Part shown: positions 16,930 to 25,207 of the stretch, piece by piece
How the letters are laid out: each line of letters starts with the position of its first letter
Numbering within the stretch: the first letter of the stretch is position 1
Source of the DNA: Mycolicibacterium smegmatis
GTDB taxonomy: Bacteria > Actinomycetota > Actinomycetes > Mycobacteriales > Mycobacteriaceae
Assembly (NCBI RefSeq): GCF_001457595.1
Contig: NZ_LN831039.1
Location: forward strand, 6,510,001 to 6,542,000
Direction: 5' to 3'
DNA: 32,000 bases
Translations under genes and position numbers: made by a program
The notes under the pieces: model-generated
Databases searched by the model: none
What the model saw: the letters and a program-made list of their open reading frames with translations, nothing else
What the model was told of the DNA's origin: nothing

Positions 16930-17934
16930 TCAGGTCGCCGCCCACTCCAGCAGAGCCTCGGCGGGCCAGGTGTTGACGATGCGCTCCGCCGGCACACCGG
17001 CGTCCACCGCCCGCTGGGCGCCGTAGCCGAGGAACTCGAGCTGGCCCGGCGCGTGGGAATCGGTGTCGATGCTGAACACGCAGCCGATCTCCAGAGCGAG
17101 GTTGAGCAGCCGGGTCGGCGGATCGCGCCGCTCGGGGCGCGAGTTGATCTCGACCGCGGTGCCCGCGTCCCGGCACGCGGTGAACACCTTCTCGGCGTCG
17201 AACTTCGATTCGGGCCGCATACCGCGACCGCCGGTCACCAGCCGGCCAGTGCAGTGGCCGAGGACGTCGGTGTGCGGGTTGGTGACGGCCTTGATCATGC
17301 GCCGGGTCATCGCGGCCTCGTCCATCGCGAGCTTCGAGTGCACGCTGGCCACCACGACGTCGAGGCGCTCCAGCAGCTCGGGCTCCTGGTCGAGCGAACC
17401 GTCTTCGAGGATGTCGACCTCGATGCCCGTGAGGATCCGCATCGGCGCGACGGCCTCCCGCAGTTCGTCGATGACGTCGAGCTGCTCACGCAGCCGGTCC
17501 GGCGAGAGCCCGTTGGCGATCTTCAGCCGCGGTGAGTGGTCGGTCAGGGCGCAGTACTCGTGACCGAGATCCCTTGCGGCCATCATCATTTCCTCGATCG
17601 GCGCCGAACCGTCCGACCAGTTCGAGTGCACGTGCAGATCGCCGCGCAGCGCGGCGCGGATGTCACCGCCGCCGAGATCGGCTGCGTTCCCCCGCAACTC
17701 GACGAGCGCGTCGGGCTCACGCCCGGCCCAGGCCTGCGCGATGACCTTCGCGGTCTTCGGGCCGATGCCGGGCAGTGACTGCCAGCCGTTCGTGGCCCCC
17801 AGTCGGTCACGCTGGGCTTCGGTCAGCCGCTCGACGATGTCGGCCGCGTTGCGATACGCCATCACCCGCCGCGGGTCTTCCCGCGCGCGGTCCTTGTAGT
17901 AGGCGATCTGGCGCAGGGCAATGACCGGATCCAT
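16930..17934 (-). CDS. HhH plus PHP domain phosphoesterase (Rv3856c-like; PolX C-terminal-like without polymerase domain)
   Basis: WQSLPGIGPKTAKVIAQAW (HhH), GDLHVHSNWSDG, ALTDHSP, SIDTDSHAPGQL (PHP metal motifs). Confidence 0.88.
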   Translation of the reverse strand: MDPVIALRQIAYYKDRAREDPRRVMAYRNAADIVERLTEAQRDRLGATNGWQSLPGIGPKTAKVIAQAWAGREPDALVELRGNAADLGGGDIRAALRGDLHVHSNWSDGSAPIEEMMMAARDLGHEYCALTDHSPRLKIANGLSPDRLREQLDVIDELREAVAPMRILTGIEVDILEDGSLDQEPELLERLDVVVASVHSKLAMDEAAMTRRMIKAVTNPHTDVLGHCTGRLVTGGRGMRPESKFDAEKVFTACRDAGTAVEINSRPERRDPPTRLLNLALEIGCVFSIDTDSHAPGQLEFLGYGAQRAVDAGVPAERIVNTWPAEALLEWAAT

Positions 17935-18031
17935 GTGTCCAGTGTGCCCCGGGAGTGGCCTCAGCTACACAAACTAACGCTCTGGAGGGTCCAGAACTTG
18001 TTGTACGCTCACTCCAGCAAAGGGGGATGCT

Positions 18032-19084
18032 GTGGGTTTTCTGGACGATGTCGGGAGGATCGCCGACAAGATCGGGCTGCCCAATCCAGCTGACATCGTC
18101 AACGGAGCAGTCAACGGCGTCAATGACGCCAGAGCATTCGTGGGCGACGTCGTGGAAGGCGACTTCCACGGCGCCTTGACGAACGGTCGCAAACTCATCG
18201 GCGACGCCCAGGATGTCATTGGTGGCCTCGGTAGCCTCGGCGTCTTCCCGAACGTCGCAACAGGCCCGATCATGGACGCCGTTCTCAAGCTCGCGGATTC
18301 GCGGATCCTGGCTGCGGCGCAAATGGCCATCGCGGCGATGAAGGCGACAACTGGCAACGGCAACCCCGAAGACGGCGGGGGATTCCGAGGCTCTGCTGAA
18401 AAATTGGCTAACGCCGTTAATACGCTGATCGATGCCGAACCGCACTTCGACCGGTGGGACGGGACTGCGTCGCAGGTGTACAACGCGGTAAATGCATCTC
18501 ACCGCCGGTTGACGTCGGATACGCAAGCCGCCGACTCCAACATCGCGGCCGTCCTGAAGATTGAGGCCGAGCAGATTCTCCGAACGCGCGGGCGCCTCGA
18601 CGAAATTTCTCAGTTCCTCTACGACTACGGTCTGGCCACCGCAGTGGCGAACTACTCGGGCCCGGGCAAGGCCGCACAGCTCATCGCCGATATGACCGTT
18701 GCCGGGTTGGCGGTCCAATCTGCGAATGTCGCCATGGCGATCTTGACCAAGAACGTCATCGAGAACGCCGCGCGGGTGAAGGAGCACACAGGCACCTATG
18801 CGCTTGTCGCGGAAGACACCTCTGGAGAACAGGCTGCCTGTGATCCCTTCGCCGTGCCGAAGTCCCCTCTTCCCCGGGGTCGCGATGCTACAGAACTCCC
18901 CGAAGCCGGATCGGATGCTCCGCCCAAGCGCACGCTCCCGGAGACGCCTTTCACAATGCCCGAGCCAGAAGAACCGTTTGAGTACGGACCACCCGCAACA
19001 CCACAGCCCGCTCCGCTACCCCCTGTTCCGGCGGCGCCAAGCTCTGAGAATCTCGATACACCGCAGGCCGTTCCCGCACGATGA
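18032..19084 (+). CDS. EspA/EspE-family ESX-1 associated protein
   Basis: N-terminus GFLDDVGRIADKIGLPNPADIVNG; helical domain HFDRWDGTASQVYNAVNASHRRLTSDTQAADSNIAAVLKIEAEQILRTRGRLDEI resembles the EspA/EspE domain; Pro-rich C-terminus. GTG start with AAAGGGGG upstream. Confidence 0.75.
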   Translation: MGFLDDVGRIADKIGLPNPADIVNGAVNGVNDARAFVGDVVEGDFHGALTNGRKLIGDAQDVIGGLGSLGVFPNVATGPIMDAVLKLADSRILAAAQMAIAAMKATTGNGNPEDGGGFRGSAEKLANAVNTLIDAEPHFDRWDGTASQVYNAVNASHRRLTSDTQAADSNIAAVLKIEAEQILRTRGRLDEISQFLYDYGLATAVANYSGPGKAAQLIADMTVAGLAVQSANVAMAILTKNVIENAARVKEHTGTYALVAEDTSGEQAACDPFAVPKSPLPRGRDATELPEAGSDAPPKRTLPETPFTMPEPEEPFEYGPPATPQPAPLPPVPAAPSSENLDTPQAVPAR

Positions 19085-19096
19085 AAGGGATGCTTC

Positions 19097-19420
19097 ATGT
19101 CGAGCGACCTTGAAAAAAATCTGACAGTCCTCACCGACCACATCCGCAAACTGTCGACGGTCCATGACAAAGCCGTCGGCGAGATCGATGGCGCCAACCG
19201 GTCAATGGTCGAAAACGGCACCAACATGTGGGAAACCCACGGTGTCATCAGCGCACTGACCAATCGGGCCGTGGCCGACGCCGTCGAAGCACGAACAGCC
19301 GCCGGAGGCGCACTGCGACGCGTTTCGGTTGAACTCTCCGAGAAGTTGCGAGCTGCTGCGACGAACTACGACAACACCGATTCCACCGAGGCCGGCAACA
19401 TTGACACCTGTGGAGTCTGA
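19097..19420 (+). CDS. EspC/EspF-family ESX-1 secretion-associated protein
   Basis: EspC-like pattern: LTVLTDHIRKLSTVHDKA...NMWETHGVISALTN...EARTAAGGALRRVSVELSEKLRAAATNYDNTD. A YxxxD type VII signal (YDNTD) is at 19367-19381. Confidence 0.78.
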   Translation: MSSDLEKNLTVLTDHIRKLSTVHDKAVGEIDGANRSMVENGTNMWETHGVISALTNRAVADAVEARTAAGGALRRVSVELSEKLRAAATNYDNTDSTEAGNIDTCGV

Positions 19421-19449
19421 TGAAGTGCTCTGTCGCCTAGGCGCATTCG

Positions 19450-19944
19450 ATGTATGACCACGACCCGTGGGGCGACGATGACGCATGGGGAGAGCCCGGA
19501 CCCCACACTGATGAGCTAGCCGATCTCGACTACACCGGGCCTCTCGACGAACAGAATGACGCTGACGGCACAGCGTCGCAAACCGACGTCGACGACGCCC
19601 CCGAAGCGGAGAGTCTCCTTCTCGTGTCGGCGTCGAATTCTGCCGCAACGGTCACCGCCACCGCGCTCACCGGTGGCCAGATACTTCGAGTCGAACTTGC
19701 GCCACAGGTCGTCAAGTTGACAGAGCACGAACTTGCCGAAGAGATCATTGGTGTCTCCGCAATGGCTCGCCAGCAGGGCGCGGCAGCGCGCCATGCCATC
19801 ATCGCCGAGATCATGCGCTTGCTCGGACATGACCCAGCAGCTACTCATAGCTTCCTCGAACGAAATCTCGGGTTGCCGACACCCGATACAGTCCTCAGGG
19901 CGAAAGCGGAGATGTTCGCGAACCGGTATGCAGAGGACGACTGA
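19450..19944 (+). CDS. EspD/EspH-like protein
   Basis: Acidic N-terminus with Trp (DHDPWGDDDAWG) then LVSASNSAATVTATALTGGQILRVELAPQVVKLTEHELAEEIIGVSAMARQQGAAARHAII...MFANRYAEDD, which matches the EspD layout (IALFTVTNPPRTVSVSTLMDGRIDHVELSARVAWMSESQLASEILVIADLARQKA...FATRYSDD) recalled from memory. Confidence 0.72.
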   Translation: MYDHDPWGDDDAWGEPGPHTDELADLDYTGPLDEQNDADGTASQTDVDDAPEAESLLLVSASNSAATVTATALTGGQILRVELAPQVVKLTEHELAEEIIGVSAMARQQGAAARHAIIAEIMRLLGHDPAATHSFLERNLGLPTPDTVLRAKAEMFANRYAEDD

Positions 19945-19983
19945 GGACAAGCACTTGCTATCTCGACACCTTATCCATATGGC

Positions 19984-21393
19984 GTGTTGGAAATGGGGAT
20001 GAGGCCCTACAGCGACGTGCCTAGCCCGCAGCCGCGATCACGCCGTCGCACCTGGATCGTCCTCGCCACGGCCCTCGCGGTGGTTGTGGCGCTAGTTGCA
20101 GGGGGAATCTGGTGGAACGCCAGCGGGTCTGAGATGTGGGCACGTGCGAGATGGCAACCACCGCCGACCGCCTACCTGTCGTCACCGATGGGGCAAGCGC
20201 CCGTACCCGGTTGGCGAACGAGTGTGACCGATCTCGGGGTGCCTCCCGCCGCGCCCGGCGGGGACGCCACACGGATCGCTGTCAGCAACGAGAAGTACGC
20301 ACGTGACGCCCTCATCGACACGCTGGATAATCGCGCATACTTCCTCGCGCGCTCATCCGGGCCGTCGGGAACGTCGTGGTGGCTCACCGGTCTGGATGCC
20401 ATCGACGGCCACACGCTCTTTCCGGCGGTTCAACTGAACACCGGCGAGCGGGCGCCAGAATGCTTTCTCAACGGCCCCGATGCCATGGTCTGCCTGGTCG
20501 ACGACGGATCCGCGGCGACTGCGTGGGTCGTGGATCTGCGCGGCGGTGAGGTGACCTACACCGGCCCCACCCCGCTGCGGCTCTCGTCCACGGGCCTACG
20601 AGCTCGCCGAACAGGCGACTATCTACTCGCAGTGACGGAAAAAGAAGGCGTCTACGGAGTCGGGCCGAAAGCCGAACTGACATGGTTCATTCCAGGGCTC
20701 GGCACGGTGTTCGGCCCGGCGAAGAACATCGCCGCGGAGGGTACGGGTGGGAACTACGTGTTCTTTTCCCTCACCGACGGGCACGTGTTCACCCCGGAAG
20801 TCCCTGAGGGCGCGGTCTTCGACGATGTGATGTTCAACGGTGACGGTTTCTCTGCCCGCGTGCTGAAGGACGGCGAAAAATTCAACCCAACCGTGGAGTC
20901 CTTCGACCTCACTGGCAGAACAATAGGCACTCTGGGTCTGACGGGCTTTCCTGCCGCCGAAGGTCTGTACATCGACACCTCCCTCTCGGGCTGGACGGTG
21001 GTGACTGCGCGAGGATCACGCTTGCTAACCGTCGATGGTGAACGCCCCCATGACACATTGTTGATCGGCACCACTCTTTATGTGGACGAGAGCAACCATG
21101 TGGATTTCCAACACTGGCAGCCCTACGACCTGAAGTCGGGTGACAAAGGAAAGCCGTGCGAAATCGATCTCGGCAGAAAGTATTTCGGCACCGACGGCAC
21201 GACTGCCGTCATTGCGGTGACGAACCCACAGGTGGACCTGATCGCCAAGGCCTTCGACCTGAAAACCTGCGAGATGGTGTGGTCGTTGCCGAAAGAAGCA
21301 AACTCGTTCGGGAGGATCTGGCGTATCGGTGACACGTTGGTCCAGGTGTCCGACGACGGCACCGAGTTGAACTCTCTGGTCGCGCCCAGCTGA
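19984..21393 (+). CDS. Membrane-anchored beta-propeller (PQQ/WD-like) extracellular protein
   Basis: RRRTWIVLATALAVVVALVAGGIWWNASG N-terminal TM anchor, then a long beta-rich domain with repeated W-x-LP / DLRG / FDLTGR type blades. Co-directional and closely spaced with the esp-like genes. Confidence 0.65.
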   Translation: MLEMGMRPYSDVPSPQPRSRRRTWIVLATALAVVVALVAGGIWWNASGSEMWARARWQPPPTAYLSSPMGQAPVPGWRTSVTDLGVPPAAPGGDATRIAVSNEKYARDALIDTLDNRAYFLARSSGPSGTSWWLTGLDAIDGHTLFPAVQLNTGERAPECFLNGPDAMVCLVDDGSAATAWVVDLRGGEVTYTGPTPLRLSSTGLRARRTGDYLLAVTEKEGVYGVGPKAELTWFIPGLGTVFGPAKNIAAEGTGGNYVFFSLTDGHVFTPEVPEGAVFDDVMFNGDGFSARVLKDGEKFNPTVESFDLTGRTIGTLGLTGFPAAEGLYIDTSLSGWTVVTARGSRLLTVDGERPHDTLLIGTTLYVDESNHVDFQHWQPYDLKSGDKGKPCEIDLGRKYFGTDGTTAVIAVTNPQVDLIAKAFDLKTCEMVWSLPKEANSFGRIWRIGDTLVQVSDDGTELNSLVAPS

Positions 21394-21568
21394 TCAACAG
21401 TCCCCGGGCCGCGCCGCACAGTGCGGTGTGGCACCCGGGACGCGGTAGACCCACAGCGGGATGCGCGAACCGTAGCCCGCCGAGACCGCGGCGCTGACGG
21501 CTCGCAAGTGCGTGCACGCTGCGCGTGCACATCCCGCAGTTGCCGTCGAAGTACAAGACTCCGCCCAT
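21394..21568 (-). pseudogene. Degraded DCC (DUF393)-like thiol-disulfide oxidoreductase remnant
   Basis: MGGVLYFDGNCGMCTRSVHALASR in one frame is followed, after a frame change, by AVSAAVSAGYGSRIPLWVYRVPGATPHCAARPGDC*. It looks like a DCC family N-terminus joined to C-terminal pieces. Confidence 0.5.
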
Positions 21569-21675
21569 ACCCCCAGTGTGCCCGGTGTCACCGTCGCCGG
21601 CCATTACGGATACGGCGGCCCACCGGCTACCATCAATTGAGAACTTCATCAATCCATCAAGTCATCAGGACCGTC

Positions 21676-22068
21676 GTGCCGCACAACTTCCTGGGCAGCC
21701 CCGAACAGCCGCTCTACGAGATCAAGGCCAACCTGTTCAAGGCGCTCGCCCATCCGGCGCGGATACGGATACTCGAAATCCTCTCCGCCAGTTCAGAACC
21801 CACTCCGGTCAGCGCGATCCTCGCCGAGACCGACATCGAACCGACGCTGCTGTCGCAACATCTCGCCGTGCTCAAGCGCCACCACGTGGTGAGCGGTAAG
21901 CGAACAGGCAACGCGGTGTTCTACGAACTGGCCCACCCGAAGATCTCCGAACTCTTGGTCATCGCCCGCACCTTCCTGGCCGACACCCTCGGCGCGCAGC
22001 GGGACCAGTTGGCCGCGATGCGCTCGCTACCGCCGATCGGGAAGAAACCCGCCGGGAAGAAGAAATGA
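21676..22068 (+). CDS. ArsR-family winged-helix regulator (no cysteines)
   Basis: YEIKANLFKALAHPARIRILEILSASSEPTPVSAILAETDIEPTLLSQHLAVLKRHHVVSGKRTGNAVFYELAHPKISELLVIARTFL. Start uncertain (GTG at 21676 suggested). Confidence 0.85.
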   Translation: MPHNFLGSPEQPLYEIKANLFKALAHPARIRILEILSASSEPTPVSAILAETDIEPTLLSQHLAVLKRHHVVSGKRTGNAVFYELAHPKISELLVIARTFLADTLGAQRDQLAAMRSLPPIGKKPAGKKK

Positions 22069-23705
22069 CCGTGCTCGCCAACCTCGCCCGCCTACTGCCC
22101 CACAAGAACGACTACGCCGACCTGCCGCACACCTGGCGCCAGGACGTCCTCGCCGGGATCACCGTCGGGGTCGTCGCGCTGCCACTCGCGCTGGCCTTCG
22201 GCATCTCGTCTGGCGTCGGGGCCGCGGCGGGCCTGATCACGGCCGTGGTGGCCGGCCTGGTGGCCGCGGTGTTCGGCGGATCGCACGTCCAGGTGTCCGG
22301 GCCGACAGGCGCGATGGCCGTGGTGCTCGCGCCCATAGTCGCCGAGCACGGCCTGGGCAGCATCGCGCTGGTGACGGTGCTGGCGGGCCTGTTGGTGCTC
22401 GCGGCCGGGGTCACCGGACTGGGCCGCGCGGTGACGTTCATCCCGTGGCCCGTGATCGAGGGTTTCACGCTCGGCATCGCGGCCATCATCTTCCTGCAGC
22501 AGGTGCCCGCCGCGCTGGCACAGCAGGCCCCCGCGGGCGAGCGCACGCTGCTCGCCGCGTTCACGGTGGCGCGAAACGCCGACTGGGGCGAGGCCGCGAA
22601 AACCCTTGCCGTGGTTGGGGTTGTCGCGGTGCTGATGACCGTCCTGCCCAGGGTGCACAGCGGAATCCCCGCATCGCTGACCGCTGTGATCGTCGCAACC
22701 GTACTCGTCGTGGCGCTGGATATCCCGGTCGCGGCAATCGGCGAGCTGCCGTCGCACCTGCCCGCTCCCGTGCTGCCGCACGTTGATGTGAACACGCTGC
22801 GCACGATGTTCAGCGCGGCGTTGGCCATCGCCGCACTCGCGGCCATCGAATCGCTGCTGTCGGCACGCGTGGCCGCGACGATGTCGCCGACGGGCCCCTA
22901 CGACCCGGACCGCGAACTCGTCGGGCAGGGCCTGGCGTCGGTGGCCTCCGGCGCTTTCGGCGGTATGCCCGCCACGGGCGCGATCGCGCGCACGGCCGTC
23001 AACGTGCGCTCCGGTGCGGCGACGCGACTTTCGGCCATCGTGCACTCACTCGTCCTGCTGGCGGTGGTCTACCTGGCCACGGGCCCGGTGGCGGCGATTC
23101 CGCTGTCCGCGCTGGCCGGCGTGCTGATGGTGACGTCGTTCCGGATGATCTCGGCGACGACGATCCGCAAGATCGTCCGCTCCACCCGGTCGGACGCGTT
23201 GATCTTCGTGCTGACGGCGGTGATCACGGTGTGCTTCGACCTGATCGAGGCCGTCGAGATCGGCATCCTGGTGGCGGCGTTCTTCGCGCTGCGCTCGGTG
23301 GCCCGCCGCAGCAGTGTGGTGCGTGAGGAGCTTCCCGGGCCACGCCGGCCCGGCGACGATCAGATCGCGCTGCTGCGCCTTGACGGCGCGATGTTCTTCG
23401 GTGCGGCCGAGCGCATCTCGAACGCGATCACCGACGCCGAGCATCCCCATGTATCCGTTGTCATCATCCGGATGTCACAACTGGGGATGCTCGACGCCAC
23501 CGGTGCGCACACGCTGGCCGAGATCACCACCGAACTCGAGTCGCGCGGAATCACCGTGATCATCAAGGGCGTCCGGCCCGAGCACATGGACCTGTTGGCG
23601 AATGTCGGTGTGTTCGAGTCACTTCGGCACGAGAACCATCTGCTCGATTCACTCGACGACGCCGTCGCACATGCCCGGACCCACGTGGCCCGGCAGCCGC
23701 ACTAG
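22065..23705 (+). CDS. SulP-family anion (sulfate/bicarbonate-type) transporter with STAS domain
   Basis: DVLAGITVGVVALPLALAFGISSGVG..., ATMSPTGPYDPDRELVGQGLASVASGAFGGMPATGAIARTAVNVRSGA, C-terminal STAS. ATGA overlap with the ArsR gene. Confidence 0.92.
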   Translation: MTVLANLARLLPHKNDYADLPHTWRQDVLAGITVGVVALPLALAFGISSGVGAAAGLITAVVAGLVAAVFGGSHVQVSGPTGAMAVVLAPIVAEHGLGSIALVTVLAGLLVLAAGVTGLGRAVTFIPWPVIEGFTLGIAAIIFLQQVPAALAQQAPAGERTLLAAFTVARNADWGEAAKTLAVVGVVAVLMTVLPRVHSGIPASLTAVIVATVLVVALDIPVAAIGELPSHLPAPVLPHVDVNTLRTMFSAALAIAALAAIESLLSARVAATMSPTGPYDPDRELVGQGLASVASGAFGGMPATGAIARTAVNVRSGAATRLSAIVHSLVLLAVVYLATGPVAAIPLSALAGVLMVTSFRMISATTIRKIVRSTRSDALIFVLTAVITVCFDLIEAVEIGILVAAFFALRSVARRSSVVREELPGPRRPGDDQIALLRLDGAMFFGAAERISNAITDAEHPHVSVVIIRMSQLGMLDATGAHTLAEITTELESRGITVIIKGVRPEHMDLLANVGVFESLRHENHLLDSLDDAVAHARTHVARQPH

Positions 23706-25054
23706 TCGACGACGCGGATCAACTTCTTGTTGACGAACTCGTCGATGCCGTACCGGCCGAGCTCACGACCGAAACCGGACCGCTTGACGCCACCGAACGG
23801 CAGTTCGGCACCCTCGGCGCCGACCGCGTTCACGAACACCATGCCGGCTTCGATCTTGTCGGCCACCCGGGCGGCCTGCTCGGAGTCGGTGGTGAACACA
23901 TACGAGCCGAGGCCGAACGGCGTGTCGTTGGCGATCTGGACGGCCTCCTCCTCGGAGCCGGCCTTGTACACCACCGCCACGGGGCCGAACAGCTCCTGGC
24001 GGTAGACGGGGTTGTCCTCGGTCACGCCCGTGAGCACCGCGGGCGGGAAGAACGCGCCCTTGCGCTCGCCGGCCGCGGTCAGCTTGGCGCCTGCCTCGAC
24101 GGCCGACTTGACCTGGTCTTCGAGCCGGACCGCGGCCTGCTCCGAGGACAGCGGCGCGATGCCCTCGCCGGCCGCGAGCAGCTTTTCGGTGAACTTCGCG
24201 AGGAAGTCGTCGTAGATGCTCTCGTTGACGATGAACCGCTTGGCGGCGTTGCAGGCCTGCCCGGTGTTCTCCATGCGTCCGTCGACGGCGGCCTGCACGG
24301 TCGCGTCGAGATCGTCGGTCGACAGCACGATGAACGGATCGGATCCGCCGAGTTCCAGAACGCACTTCTTGAGGTTGCGGCCGGCGATCTCGGCGACCGC
24401 GGCGCCCGCGCGCTCGGAACCGGTCAGCGACACCGCGGCCACGCGCGGGTCGGCGATGATGTTGGCGACCTGCTCGTTGGTGGCGCGGATGTCGACGTAG
24501 GCACCCTGCGGGAACCCGGCCTCCAGGAACAGCAGCTGCAGCAGCTCGGCCGATTCCGGGCACTGCGGCGCATGCTTGAGCAGGATCGTGTTGCCCACCA
24601 CCAGGTTGGGGCCGGCGAAGCGGGCCACCTGGTAGTACGGGTAGTTCCACGGCATGATGCCCAGCAGCACGCCGATGGGCGAGCGCTTGATCACGGCGCT
24701 GCCCTCGCCGTCGAGCAGTTCGATCGGCTCGTCGGCCAGGAACTTCTCGGCGTTATCGGCGTAGTACTGATAGATGGCCGCGCAGAAGTCGACCTCGCCA
24801 AGCGACTGGTCGCGGGGCTTGCCCATCTCGCGGACGATGACGTCGGCGAGCTGCTCGCGACGCTGCTCGTGCAGCTCGGCCACCTTGCGGATCAGCGCGG
24901 CGCGCTCCGCGACGGTCGTGCTCTTCGCCCAGGTGCGGCCGGTCTTGTGAGCAGCCTCGATCGCGGCCTGGACCTCGGCGTCGGTCGCGGTCGGATAGGT
25001 GGCGACGACCTCGGCGGTCGCCGGATCTGTGACTGCATATTGGGTCATGTTCAC
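23702..25054 (-). CDS. Aldehyde dehydrogenase family, succinate-semialdehyde dehydrogenase-like
   Basis: [70 protein letters not shown]. Confidence 0.92.
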   Translation of the reverse strand: MNMTQYAVTDPATAEVVATYPTATDAEVQAAIEAAHKTGRTWAKSTTVAERAALIRKVAELHEQRREQLADVIVREMGKPRDQSLGEVDFCAAIYQYYADNAEKFLADEPIELLDGEGSAVIKRSPIGVLLGIMPWNYPYYQVARFAGPNLVVGNTILLKHAPQCPESAELLQLLFLEAGFPQGAYVDIRATNEQVANIIADPRVAAVSLTGSERAGAAVAEIAGRNLKKCVLELGGSDPFIVLSTDDLDATVQAAVDGRMENTGQACNAAKRFIVNESIYDDFLAKFTEKLLAAGEGIAPLSSEQAAVRLEDQVKSAVEAGAKLTAAGERKGAFFPPAVLTGVTEDNPVYRQELFGPVAVVYKAGSEEEAVQIANDTPFGLGSYVFTTDSEQAARVADKIEAGMVFVNAVGAEGAELPFGGVKRSGFGRELGRYGIDEFVNKKLIRVVD

Positions 25055-25207
25055 TCCCCGTAGTTAGATCGGCGGATTTCGTACCTCTTCACGGGGAAGA
25101 CTACCGATTACGTCGTCGTAATGGCCCAGGTGATGCGTAATCAGCAGCTCTCGCCGCGGGTTTTTCGTCCAGGGATTATTCAGTGTGCGGGTCTAGTTTG
25201 GTGTGTT

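Noticed and set aside
22092-23045. 317-aa minus-strand ORF within the SulP gene
   Set aside because: Antisense shadow of the SulP transporter.
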